IMG/VR virus record: IMGVR_UViG_3300046739_000127
Direction: 5' to 3' (one strand)
From: a virus
DNA: 43,045 bases
A program made the position numbers and the translations under genes. The notes beneath the pieces are model-generated. The model searched no databases and had not been told where the DNA came from. It saw only the letters and a list, made by a program, of their open reading frames with translations. This document shows positions 1 through 7,724 of the stretch, piece by piece (positions within the stretch are counted from its first letter, which is position 1; every line of letters begins with the position of its first letter).

Positions 1-127
1 CCAGCCGTTGTCGATGACCACGCTGGGCCAGATCAGGACGGCGGCGGCGAACACCTTCAACCCGAAAGACCTGATCGCTTCGGCGCCCGGTCAGGCGATC
101 AAGAACACGATTGACGACTTCATTCAG
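1..127. repeat. Terminal overlap, copy 1 (identical to 42919-43045)
   Basis: Read directly. The same 127 nt (ccagccgttgtcgatgacc...gacgacttcattcag) occur at both ends. 127 is a common maximum assembler k-mer, so this is most simply a circular-contig overlap. Confidence 0.95.
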
Positions 128-865
128 AAGCTCGGGCCGCAGCATATGGAGGGGACGGCCATCCCTGGCTTCAAGTCGAACCCGGTCAGCCCGGCCGACC
201 TTCAGCAGAAGCTTGCTGTCGCCCGCGACATGCACACCCGGTTCAGCAAGGCTGAGGCGTTGACCGACGCCCTGACCAGCGCCGACCTGAAGACCGGCTC
301 GACCTACGCGGGGTTCAACATCGACAATGCGACGCGGCAGGCTGTCCGCCCGTTCCTCGACCCGACCAGCCCCAAGGCCATCAGCAACTTCACGCCGGAT
401 GAAGCCGCTGCGGCAGCGAAGATCATCAAGCCTGGGGCGGTGCATGACGCGCTGCGGCACGTCGGGCGTGTTTCGCCGCTGACCGGGGGGTTGGCGACGT
501 TGCTTGAGGTCGGCCCTACCCTTACGGCCGCGATGACGGGTCATGAGGGGGCGGCTGCGGCGGCGACAGGTGGGATGGCGGCGACTTCAGCGGCGGCGCT
601 CGCGTCGAACGCCATGACCAGGGCGAATGTCCGCACTCTCATGAACACGATCACGGCGGGTGGGACCAAGGAAGCCGTTGCGTCGTTGGCAGAGCTTCAG
701 CGGCGCGGCGCGCTGACGCCGCAGGTTCAGAAAATGCTGAGCGCGACGGGCAAGGGCGCGGCGGCGCTTGGCGCGCTCAGTCAGGCCCAGCGGACCCACG
801 TCCTAGCCCAAGGTGGGTTCGTTGACGCCCAGGACGATCCCTGGGCCGTTCAGAGCGTGCAGTAG
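1..865 (+). CDS. C-terminal part of a ~569-aa virion internal/ejection-type protein; the gene starts at 42074 and crosses the circular junction
   Basis: The frame of the open ORF starting at ATG 42074 equals the frame of ORF 8..865 once the overlap is collapsed (42918 is divisible by 3). It is the last of three large proteins after the tail genes. Ala/Gly-rich. Confidence 0.75.
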   Translation, partial: QPLSMTTLGQIRTAAANTFNPKDLIASAPGQAIKNTIDDFIQKLGPQHMEGTAIPGFKSNPVSPADLQQKLAVARDMHTRFSKAEALTDALTSADLKTGSTYAGFNIDNATRQAVRPFLDPTSPKAISNFTPDEAAAAAKIIKPGAVHDALRHVGRVSPLTGGLATLLEVGPTLTAAMTGHEGAAAAATGGMAATSAAALASNAMTRANVRTLMNTITAGGTKEAVASLAELQRRGALTPQVQKMLSATGKGAAALGALSQAQRTHVLAQGGFVDAQDDPWAVQSVQ

Positions 866-946
866 GCCCCTCAACGGACCCGGCCGCTACCCTAGTACCC
901 CAAACCCGTCCTGGGGCGTTGTAGGGCCGGAAAATCGGAGGGTCTT

Positions 947-1117
947 ATGAGCCTGCTGATCTTCGCGCTGTTCGTGCTGATCGTGGTCGGCGTGGTCTGC
1001 GCTATCGCCTACTACATTCCGTTCCCGCCGCCGCTGGCTTGGCTGAAGTGGGTCATCCCCTGCGTCGCCCTGCTGATTGCGCTGGTGATCCTCGCGCAGA
1101 AGATGGGCGTCGCCTAG
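947..1117 (+). CDS. 56-aa small membrane protein with two hydrophobic helices (holin-like candidate)
   Basis: Not in the ORF track (<60 aa). ATG 947 is preceded by GGAG at 937-940. Translates to MSLLIFALFVLIVVGVVCAIAYYIPFPPPLAWLKWVIPCVALLIALVILAQKMGVA, with stop TAG at 1115-1117. Confidence 0.55.
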   Translation: MSLLIFALFVLIVVGVVCAIAYYIPFPPPLAWLKWVIPCVALLIALVILAQKMGVA

Positions 1118-1152
1118 CTCGCGGTCGCATTCAAGTTGCGTTATGATGCGGC

Positions 1153-1383
1153 ATGATCGTCAAGGTTCAGCGTCCGGTCGCTGGCCCGCTTTCGCAGCCA
1201 TCGACGCCGGAAATTCTGGTCTACAGCGAAGGCCGGAAACACATCGGCATGGTCGCCCCCAGAGACTTGCCGGGATGGCTGGCGAAGGCCCTGAAGGCCA
1301 ACCCGAGGGTTTACGCTGACGCCGACTGGCGAGCGCCCGGCCAATGGCGGTTCAACCGGCTGGTCAAGGATCAGGACTGGTGA
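1153..1383 (+). CDS. 76-aa hypothetical protein
   Basis: ORF track. High GC3. Its stop overlaps the GTG start of the next gene (GTGA). Confidence 0.55.
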   Translation: MIVKVQRPVAGPLSQPSTPEILVYSEGRKHIGMVAPRDLPGWLAKALKANPRVYADADWRAPGQWRFNRLVKDQDW

Positions 1384-1727
1384 CGCTTCGCTACTACGTC
1401 CTAGAGGGCCACAAGGCCGTGCTGGTCGCTCGGTACGATGAGCCGGATTTCATGGTCTGGGCGCAGTGGTACGCGACGGCCGACCGACAGGTCGCCATCG
1501 ACCGCCTGCCGCTGGCGACGGTTTCGACCGTGTTCCTGGGCCTCGATCACGGCTGGTTCAATGACCGGCCGCCGCTGATCTTCGAAACTATGGTCTTCGC
1601 ACACCCGGCGCTTGACGGGCCGCTGAAGGACTTTCAGGGCCGCTGTTCGACCTGGGAACAGGCTGAGGCGATGCACGCCGAGGTCATGAAGGAACTGCTG
1701 GCGGCCCATCAGGAGGCGGCCGGATGA
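1380..1727 (+). CDS. 115-aa hypothetical protein (recurrent phage family with an FETMVF motif)
   Basis: Frame of ORF 1344..1727. The start was moved to GTG 1380, which overlaps the upstream stop. The signature VFLGLDHGW...LIFETMVF...TWEQAEAMH recalls a common phage protein of unknown function. Confidence 0.65.
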   Translation: MTLRYYVLEGHKAVLVARYDEPDFMVWAQWYATADRQVAIDRLPLATVSTVFLGLDHGWFNDRPPLIFETMVFAHPALDGPLKDFQGRCSTWEQAEAMHAEVMKELLAAHQEAAG

Positions 1728-2107
1728 CCACGCGCTACCTGATCTGCGGCGGGCGCGACTTCGCCGACGATGCGCTCATGGACAAGGCCCTGGCGGCGCT
1801 GATCCTGCATCCCGAAGACGCCTACATTATCCACGGCGACGCACGCGGGGCCGACCGTATGGCGGCGGCCTGGGGCAAGGCGCACGGCGCCCAGGTCGAA
1901 CCTTACCCGGCCGACTGGGACCGCTACAGGTCGGCGGCCGGGCCGCTCCGCAATCAGGCGATGCTCGACGTGGGCAAGCCTGACGTGGTGATCGCGTTCC
2001 CAGGTGGGAACGGAACGGCCGACATGGTTCGCCGGGCTCGCCAGCGGCGCGTCGTGACCATTGTCGTAACCGGCGTCGGCGGCGACTGGTACGGGAGCGG
2101 CCAATGA
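1724..2107 (+). CDS. DUF2493 / SLOG-superfamily protein (127 aa)
   Basis: Signature YLICGGRDF...IIHGDARGADRMAAAWGKAHG...YPADW...AGPLRNQAML...VIAFPGGNGTADMV matches the remembered DUF2493 Rossmann-like SLOG pattern. ATGA overlap with both neighbours. Confidence 0.85.
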   Translation: MTTRYLICGGRDFADDALMDKALAALILHPEDAYIIHGDARGADRMAAAWGKAHGAQVEPYPADWDRYRSAAGPLRNQAMLDVGKPDVVIAFPGGNGTADMVRRARQRRVVTIVVTGVGGDWYGSGQ

Positions 2108-2361
2108 GCCCGCGCTTCATCCTCTGGCTGACCTGGGTCAACGCCGGTTGGCAGATCGTGTTCAACATTGCGTGGTGGGCCGGGGTCCGCCATCTGGTCG
2201 GCGCACGGTTGGGTGTCTGGTCAGAGGTTCTGGTTCAGGGCGGCGCTTCGATCCTGCCGACGCTGGTTGTCGCCGCGATTGTCGTTCCGTGGTCGTTCAA
2301 GCTGATTGAAAGTTTACAGGCGGGAACTAACCCATTGAAATCTAACGGCTCCGATTTGTAG
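2104..2361 (+). CDS. 85-aa predicted 2-TM membrane protein
   Basis: Two hydrophobic stretches (FILWLTWVNAGWQIVFNIAWWAGV and ASILPTLVVAAIVVPWSFKLI). Translationally coupled to the SLOG gene. It is the last gene before the att region. Confidence 0.65.
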   Translation: MSPRFILWLTWVNAGWQIVFNIAWWAGVRHLVGARLGVWSEVLVQGGASILPTLVVAAIVVPWSFKLIESLQAGTNPLKSNGSDL

Positions 2362-2482
2362 GTGTTTACAGCACAAGTCGTTGAATTTACTCACTTCGTC
2401 TAGTCCCCTAGGGACTGCCACCCCGCGACTTTTCCCCAACAAAATCAAGCTTCCTGCAAAAGTTTACAGGAAAAGTTTACAG
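2311..2482 (+). repeat. Four direct copies of GTTTACAG (2312-2319, 2364-2371, 2462-2469, 2475-2482): candidate recombinase arm-type sites of attP
   Basis: Read directly: aAGTTTACAGg, gtGTTTACAGc, aAGTTTACAGg, aAGTTTACAGt. They cluster within 175 bp next to the 3' end of the integrase gene. Confidence 0.5.
2451..2472. promoter_or_regulatory. 22-bp imperfect palindrome TTCCTGCAAAAGTTTACAGGAA: candidate attP core / crossover site
   Basis: The outer arms TTCCTG/CAGGAA are a perfect inverted repeat, and 18 of the 22 positions are self-complementary. It lies 5 bp from the integrase stop. Confidence 0.4.
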
Positions 2483-3601
2483 TGATCGGACAGTTCCGTT
2501 CTCTTTTTGGTCGCCTGGGGGGTTAGAGTCCCGAACGGAGTCGAACCCCCTCAGCCGCGCCGCAGCCGCCTTAGCGAGCCGCTTCTGGTCGGCGGATTTC
2601 GTGTAATGCTCAACGTCCTTCAGGCTCGCGTGGCCGGTGATCGCGGCGATTTCCGAGGCCGAGCATCCGGCTTCCGCCAGCCAGCGCGCGGCGGCCTTCC
2701 GTAGGCCGTGGGGGCTCGACTGGGACGGCAGGCCAGCCGCCTTGGCGCAATCGCTGACCCATCCGCTGAAGCCTGCGTCCGACCTGGGCTTGCCGTACTC
2801 AGTCAGGACGAAAATCATCTGGCCTGGGTCGATCTGATCTAGCTCGGCCTGAAGGTTCTGGTGGATAGGCAGGCTCAGTTCAACGACCTCGCCCTTGCCC
2901 TGCTTCTGTTGGCGCAGATTGATCGCGCCGTCGCGAACGTGCTGGCGGCCCATCTTCACCACGTCAGACCGGCGCTGACCCGAGTAGATCAGGAGTTCCA
3001 GCGCGAGGCGCGGTTTCGACCCTGAAGGCCAGTGGGCGCGGTACTGGTCAATGTCGGCGTCGGTCCAAGCCCGGTGGCCGTCCGTCTTCACCTTCCGCAG
3101 CTTCACGCTCAGCGTCGGGTCCTGCTTCACCAGCCCGCGTTCGACGGCGTTCCTGAAGACCGCCCGCAGACGCTTCAGCAGGTTCCCGGCCTCGGAAGGG
3201 GTCTTCGCATAGATCGGGTCTAGGATCAGCCGTAGGTGTTCAGCCCGCAGGCCATCGGCCGGGGCGCTGCCGTAGGTCGTCTTATCCTCGCCGACCATGA
3301 GGCAGAAGCGGTCTAGCAGGCGGCGGTAGTTCCGTTTGGTCGTGTCGCTGCCAAGGCCGGTGTAGGTGCTGGACTTGTAGTAGGCCGCGACGCAATCGCT
3401 CAGCGTGATCGTGGCCCCTGCCTTCGGCTCATTGATGAGCGTTTGGCTGGCGGCAAGGGCTTCATTGTAAGCGATCATGAAGGCCGCTCGGTTAGACCGA
3501 TCCGGCAGCTTCACCCTCGGAAAGCCGGGGCGCCTGAAATAGTAGTAGAGCTTGCCATACGAGTTCGCGCACCGCTGCACGAACGGGAGGTCAGTTTTCA
3601 T
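2477..3601 (-). CDS. int: Tyrosine recombinase / phage integrase (374 aa)
   Basis: The C-terminal catalytic region reads GQRRSDVVKM ... HGLRKAAARWLAEAG ... ITGHASLKDVEHYTK (R...HxxR...H..Y pattern). The N-terminus is like alphaproteobacterial prophage integrases. Confidence 0.95.
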   Translation of the reverse strand: MKTDLPFVQRCANSYGKLYYYFRRPGFPRVKLPDRSNRAAFMIAYNEALAASQTLINEPKAGATITLSDCVAAYYKSSTYTGLGSDTTKRNYRRLLDRFCLMVGEDKTTYGSAPADGLRAEHLRLILDPIYAKTPSEAGNLLKRLRAVFRNAVERGLVKQDPTLSVKLRKVKTDGHRAWTDADIDQYRAHWPSGSKPRLALELLIYSGQRRSDVVKMGRQHVRDGAINLRQQKQGKGEVVELSLPIHQNLQAELDQIDPGQMIFVLTEYGKPRSDAGFSGWVSDCAKAAGLPSQSSPHGLRKAAARWLAEAGCSASEIAAITGHASLKDVEHYTKSADQKRLAKAAAARLRGFDSVRDSNPPGDQKENGTVRSL

Positions 3602-3870
3602 CGTGTAACTCCGAGCATCCTGTCCCAGACGCCGACGCTTTCGCTGGCCTCTGATTCGGCTTCAACAGGAAGGGCGTCGAAGTAAAGGTCAAGCTCAAAG
3701 CGGTCCCAGACCTTTCGGCCGTCAATTCGTCGCGGGCCGGGCATTCGGCCTTCAGCTACCAACTGGTCGAACTTGGTGGGGCTGATCCCGACGTAGTTTG
3801 CCGCCTGCTGTCGCTGTAGTCCGCGAGGCTCAGCTTGGCGCCGTTGCCGTTCAGGGGCGGTGGTTTCCAT
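3598..3870 (-). CDS. xis: Excisionase-like / AlpA-type helix-turn-helix protein (90 aa)
   Basis: AANYVGISPTKFDQLVAEGRMPGPRRIDGRKVWDRFELD is the classic Xis/AlpA HTH signature. Overlaps the integrase start by 4 nt. Confidence 0.8.
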   Translation of the reverse strand: METTAPERQRRQAEPRGLQRQQAANYVGISPTKFDQLVAEGRMPGPRRIDGRKVWDRFELDLYFDALPVEAESEASESVGVWDRMLGVTR

Positions 3871-3910
3871 GGCCTTGAATCCGGGTGGTCTACGTCAGAT
3901 CGGGCCTCCT

Positions 3911-4078
3911 TCAGCGGTGGTGGCGTTTGCGGACAACGACCCAGCCATTTTGTTCAAGCGCGCCGATGATCGCGAAGGCGGTCTGCTGGGGTTTTTCAAG
4001 GCCGTTGATCTGGGCCTGAAGGCGACCGCAGATCACGTCCACCGGCCGTAATTGAGGGGGTTCCTGGGGGCTGCTCAT
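3911..4078 (-). CDS. 55-aa hypothetical protein
   Basis: This is the distal part of ORF 3911..4312. The Arg-rich N-terminal extension was rejected. ATG 4078 overlaps the upstream stop (ATGA). Confidence 0.45.
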   Translation of the reverse strand: MSSPQEPPQLRPVDVICGRLQAQINGLEKPQQTAFAIIGALEQNGWVVVRKRHHR

Positions 4079-4386
4079 GGCTTGTGTGCCGGTCGTTTTG
4101 CGATGCGGTTGCAGATCATATTGAGGTGGGTCGCGACGGTGCGCGCCTCCGGCAGGGTGAGCTTGACGGAGCGGTTGACCCCGTTGCTGTCTTCGATGGT
4201 CAGGGTCACGGTGTCCTTGTTTTCGCAGACCGCCACCTGACCGGTTTTGTTCGGGTCGCTGGCGAGCGGGACAATCAGGATCATGGATTGGCGCACCTTC
4301 GGCGTTCGCCACAGGTAATCCCGGTGGGCCTTGGCGCGATCCTCAGGGGTCGGCTGGGCTTTCGCAGGGGCGGCGGTGACGGTCAT
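4075..4386 (-). CDS. 103-aa hypothetical protein
   Basis: Frame of ORF 4075..4443. The start was moved to ATG 4386 (MTVTAAPAKAQ...), which overlaps the upstream stop. Confidence 0.55.
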   Translation of the reverse strand: MTVTAAPAKAQPTPEDRAKAHRDYLWRTPKVRQSMILIVPLASDPNKTGQVAVCENKDTVTLTIEDSNGVNRSVKLTLPEARTVATHLNMICNRIAKRPAHKP

Positions 4387-4676
4387 GTCTTGCCCTGGTG
4401 CAGCATTTTGAACGCGGCGACGCCTTCGGGGCTGGCGGCCCACGCCTCACCTTCTGCGGCCGTTCCGTCGAAGTCGCCCTCTATGGCCTGTTCGGCGACC
4501 AGCAGGGCGTCCGGCGTACCAATCTTTTTGAGGTCCGCCACCAGAGCGGAAATCGGTGCATCGAGCGGCGACATGAAGTCGTCGTAGTAGCCGCTGACCG
4601 CCTTGTCGGCCATGTCGTAGAGCCCGGCCGCGATCAGGGCGGCGGCCAGTTTCCAGCGGGTCGGGAGCTTCGCCAT
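4383..4676 (-). CDS. 97-aa hypothetical protein (acidic, GYYDDFMSP motif)
   Basis: ORF track. Clean, non-Arg-rich composition. In an operon with its neighbours. Confidence 0.65.
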   Translation of the reverse strand: MAKLPTRWKLAAALIAAGLYDMADKAVSGYYDDFMSPLDAPISALVADLKKIGTPDALLVAEQAIEGDFDGTAAEGEAWAASPEGVAAFKMLHQGKT

Positions 4677-4697
4677 CAGTTCATCCTTTCGTCGGGA

Positions 4698-4898
4698 TCA
4701 GTCATCGCTGTGCGCCTTCTCAAAGCGCCTGGGGTGGAACAGCACTTCTGGAATCTCAGCCAGCGTCAGCAGCGCGGTCGGCGGCCCCAGGTCGGCCGTG
4801 TCGGTCACTGTGTAGATGGCGCCCTTGGTCAGCCTGCCGGGGATCGGGTCGATGCAGCGGACGCGCTGCCCCGGCTTGAAGGCGCAGGGTTTCTTCAT
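4698..4898 (-). CDS. 66-aa hypothetical protein
   Basis: ORF track. ATGA coupling with the upstream gene. Confidence 0.6.
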   Translation of the reverse strand: MKKPCAFKPGQRVRCIDPIPGRLTKGAIYTVTDTADLGPPTALLTLAEIPEVLFHPRRFEKAHSDD

Positions 4899-5329
4899 AA
4901 TGGGTCTTCCAACAGGTCCGCCATGCTGGCCGCGCCTGCGGCCTTCGACGGCTCGTGGTTCAGGTGGAAGCCATCGGCCATCGACCGGAACGACTTGACC
5001 GCCAGTGTGATCCTTTTGCGCGCCGTCAGCAGGCGCCGGTGCAGGGCCGCGTTGCGGGCCTCAAGTCGTTCCTGGGCGGTCGATTGGTCGTAGGGCGAAA
5101 AGGCCGTGCAGACGATCAGGTCGTCCATGCACGCGCAGCCTGGATAGCCCAGGAGGCAGCCGCCGTTCTGAGCGCGGAACCCGTAGGGGCAATCGACGCC
5201 CTGGGCGACGACGCGCAGATGCGCGTTCTCGCGGTCGAAGGTGTCGAGCTTGGTTTCCAGCGCCGCTATCGCCAGCGCGAGGGCGACCAAGCCCGACTCC
5301 AGTTCAGCGACACGTTGCCGGTCGCGCAT
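4895..5329 (-). CDS. 144-aa coiled-coil plus Cys-rich protein
   Basis: GGGAGG lies upstream of the ATG. The N-terminus is helical (LESGLVALALAIAALETKLD) and a C-rich block follows (CPYGF...GCLLGYPGCACMDDLIVC). Confidence 0.7.
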   Translation of the reverse strand: MRDRQRVAELESGLVALALAIAALETKLDTFDRENAHLRVVAQGVDCPYGFRAQNGGCLLGYPGCACMDDLIVCTAFSPYDQSTAQERLEARNAALHRRLLTARKRITLAVKSFRSMADGFHLNHEPSKAAGAASMADLLEDPL

Positions 5330-5395
5330 GTCGGCCTCCCGATTAAGCTTCTACGTCAGAGCGTTCCTCCGTTCTCCGGGGCCGGTCCATGCAGG

Positions 5396-6451
5396 CTAAG
5401 CGCGTTTCAGGAGGCCGGAACTGATGGCCCGCTCGCGCCAGTTCTGGGCTTGTTTCTTGTCGATCCCGAGCCGCGTTGCGACCGTCGAAGCCGTCTCGCC
5501 GTCGTGGAACAGGATCAAGGCCTTGCGGCGCAGATTGAAGTAGGCTTCCCGGCTGAGCCCCAGTGCCGCCGCCGCCTTGTCCACCATGTAGAGGTTCTTG
5601 GGGTTGGCTTCGGCCTCGGAGAGGATGAAGTTTTTTTGCAGGCCAGTCTTACCGGGCTTTCTCTTGCTCTCCCGCCGTTGGCGTTCGCTGCCGATATCGA
5701 CCACCTTTTCCGGGGGCGTGACGTTGGCGTCTTCGAACCGGCCTATCGCCGCGTCGAGCATGTAGGGGACCGGGTAGCCCGCCGAACGGGCGGCGCTGAA
5801 CCACGTCGTCAGCACCGACTTGGATTCCTTGGTCTGCTCCATGATCGCGCGGATATGCCGACCGTCGAGCGCCATTTCGACCGCCAGCTTTCGCCGGTCC
5901 ATATATTCCTGAAGGGTGATCCCGCGAGCCTCGGCGGCCCTGGCGCTGGTCGCCACTTTGGCGCCGTCGCCAAGCTGTTCGACAGTCAGCGGAAATCGCG
6001 ACGCACGGTTGCCCTTCCCGGCCGGGGCTCGGGGGGTGGTCGGGAACTTCATCCCGGCCTTGCGGGCGTCGGTGATCGCACCGTAGACGGTGCTGATCTT
6101 CAGGCCGGTCGCCTCGGCGATTTCGTAGGGCAGCTTGCCGTCGAGCCGCATCTGAACGGCCTTGGTCTTGGGGTCGCTGGTCGGTGGTTCGGCTTCGGTG
6201 CGACGCGGCAGGGCGGGCGGACGCCCAGGAGCCCCCAGGAAGCCCGCCAGCGGGTCCGGGTGACGATGCTGCGCCGGGACCGCCCCATGGGCCTCAGCGA
6301 GCGCCTGAGCGTGATCTATGATGGTGTCGCGCAGCTTGCCGGGTGGGATGGCGGCGAAGGCCCGCAAGAGTTGGTCGGCGCCCGGCAGCACAAGGAAGCG
6401 GGCCATTTCCAGCGGGTCGATGTAGCCCGAGGGTTCAGGGGTCTTTGACAT
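5396..6451 (-). CDS. 351-aa DNA-binding protein with three repeated HTH modules
   Basis: The start was moved to ATG 6451 (GGAGAGGA upstream). Three similar blocks are present: LDGKLPYEIAEATGLKISTVYGAITDARKAG, LDGRHIRAIMEQTKESKSVLTTWFSAARSAG and HDGETASTVATRLGIDKKQAQNWRERAISSG. Confidence 0.75.
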   Translation of the reverse strand: MSKTPEPSGYIDPLEMARFLVLPGADQLLRAFAAIPPGKLRDTIIDHAQALAEAHGAVPAQHRHPDPLAGFLGAPGRPPALPRRTEAEPPTSDPKTKAVQMRLDGKLPYEIAEATGLKISTVYGAITDARKAGMKFPTTPRAPAGKGNRASRFPLTVEQLGDGAKVATSARAAEARGITLQEYMDRRKLAVEMALDGRHIRAIMEQTKESKSVLTTWFSAARSAGYPVPYMLDAAIGRFEDANVTPPEKVVDIGSERQRRESKRKPGKTGLQKNFILSEAEANPKNLYMVDKAAAALGLSREAYFNLRRKALILFHDGETASTVATRLGIDKKQAQNWRERAISSGLLKRA

Positions 6452-6452
6452 T

Positions 6453-6668
6453 TCAGCGTGATCCTCTCCACGGCCATTCGGTGTCTTCACCGCCCCAGCG
6501 CTCGGCCATATGCGCGAAGGCGGCGGCGGTCTGGGGGAGCCCGGCGCCCAACAGGAAGCCGACCCCCAGGGAAGCGTCTGCAACCAGCGTACCGTGAGCT
6601 TCGCTGTCTTCCTTGAGGCTCACCAGCCGGTCGTTGAAGACCTCAAAGTTCAGGGCGGCTGGTGTCAT
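6453..6668 (-). CDS. 71-aa hypothetical protein
   Basis: Frame of ORF 6453..6683. ATG 6668 overlaps the upstream stop. Confidence 0.5.
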   Translation of the reverse strand: MTPAALNFEVFNDRLVSLKEDSEAHGTLVADASLGVGFLLGAGLPQTAAAFAHMAERWGGEDTEWPWRGSR

Positions 6669-7036
6669 GCTGAACGGGTCCAAGGCCGTTCCCAGCCCAG
6701 CACCGACATGACGATGCTGAGGGTCGCGTTCTGAGGCCTGCGGACGCCCTTATAGAACCAACCCAAGAGGCAATACCGGCTGACTTTGTGACCCGCGCGC
6801 TCAGTCTCGTACTCGATTTTTTCGATAGACCAGCCGCTCTGTTCAATCGCGAACAAGGCAAATTCCATGTCTGGGTCGCGTTCGTCTTTCCAGTTGTAGG
6901 CAAGGTAACTCTGCGCCGGAATGAAGTTCTTCCGTTTCTGCGGCATGGGCTGAGCCCATTGCGCGTGGGACTGGCTAGGCTGGAACGGCGGGTAGCTACT
7001 TCGCGGCTGGTTCATATTCGCGGCTGCCTTCGACAT
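6665..7036 (-). CDS. 123-aa hypothetical protein, possible HTH in the C-terminal half
   Basis: ORF track. AGHKVSRYCLLGWFYKGVRRPQNATLSIVMSVLGW resembles an HTH segment. The start is uncertain (the ORF overlaps the upstream gene by 41 nt). Confidence 0.6.
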   Translation of the reverse strand: MSKAAANMNQPRSSYPPFQPSQSHAQWAQPMPQKRKNFIPAQSYLAYNWKDERDPDMEFALFAIEQSGWSIEKIEYETERAGHKVSRYCLLGWFYKGVRRPQNATLSIVMSVLGWERPWTRSA

Positions 7037-7682
7037 TAGGTTGATCCTCTCCTGGGAAAAGTCGCACGGCGCGCAGGGTTAGCGCGTTCAGATGCTCCAC
7101 GGCGCCGTGGCCGTCAGCCTCGGCTACACGTTTCAAGGCGGGCAGCCCGGTACGGACTGACTCGATCACTTCTTCACGGTTGGCCGGGCGGCCTTCACGC
7201 CACCAGCTTACCCGTGTCGGCGAGCCGATGAAGAACAACAGGCCGCCGTTCGGCTGGCGCTCGGCACGGTAGGTCGAGGTTTCCCAGATCAGGGCGACGC
7301 CGGGGTTCCGGTCGATCATCAGGCCAGCGGGCGACTGATGCGGCAGATCGTCAATCGCCGCGCGCTTGGCGAGCGGCTTCGAAAGGAAGGGGCAGGCTGT
7401 CACCGAAAATCGGGCGCAGGACAGGCACGACGGCGGTTCGGCCGAGACGCGGTTTACTGCACACATAGGGCCGATGACAAAGGCCTTGCAAGGTCCAAGG
7501 CGTCGGCCGCAAACCCAGCAAGTATGCTTCTCGTGGGCCTTGAAGATTTTGCGGGGATCGACGGCCCGAAACTCTGGCTCGCCATCGACGTAAGACACGA
7601 ACCAGGGGACAGGAAATCCTCGCCGGTCAGTCTGAAGACTGGCGATCTGCGGTGGCGCCTCTGGGAACCTGACATTGCTCAT
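6996..7682 (-). CDS. 228-aa Cys-containing hypothetical protein; first gene of the leftward operon
   Basis: Frame of ORF 6996..7697. ATG 7682 (MSNVRF...) was preferred over TTG 7697. Motif: PVPWFV..DGEPEFR...CWVCGRRL. Confidence 0.7.
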   Translation of the reverse strand: MSNVRFPEAPPQIASLQTDRRGFPVPWFVSYVDGEPEFRAVDPRKIFKAHEKHTCWVCGRRLGPCKAFVIGPMCAVNRVSAEPPSCLSCARFSVTACPFLSKPLAKRAAIDDLPHQSPAGLMIDRNPGVALIWETSTYRAERQPNGGLLFFIGSPTRVSWWREGRPANREEVIESVRTGLPALKRVAEADGHGAVEHLNALTLRAVRLFPGEDQPNVEGSREYEPAAK

Positions 7683-7698
7683 CTGGGACCCCAACAAT

Positions 7699-7724
7699 CC
7701 TGAGTGGAGGGTGTCCCACTCAGG
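7699..7724. promoter_or_regulatory. Perfect 9-bp inverted repeat CCTGAGTGG-N8-CCACTCAGG
   Basis: Read directly. It lies 17 nt upstream of the ATG of the first leftward gene, so it is either a 5'-leader hairpin or a protein-binding palindrome. Confidence 0.6.

Noticed and set aside
4955-6448. 497-aa plus-strand ORF
   Set aside because: It is antisense to the well-supported triple-HTH gene and its neighbours. Its composition is dominated by Arg, Gly and Ala, which is typical of spurious frames in GC-rich DNA. It has no start context.
1306-7462. Extra GGTTTAC strings at 1308-1314 and 7449-7455 as additional recombinase sites
   Set aside because: A 7-mer is expected several times by chance in 86 kb of two-strand sequence. 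Both lie inside coding regions.
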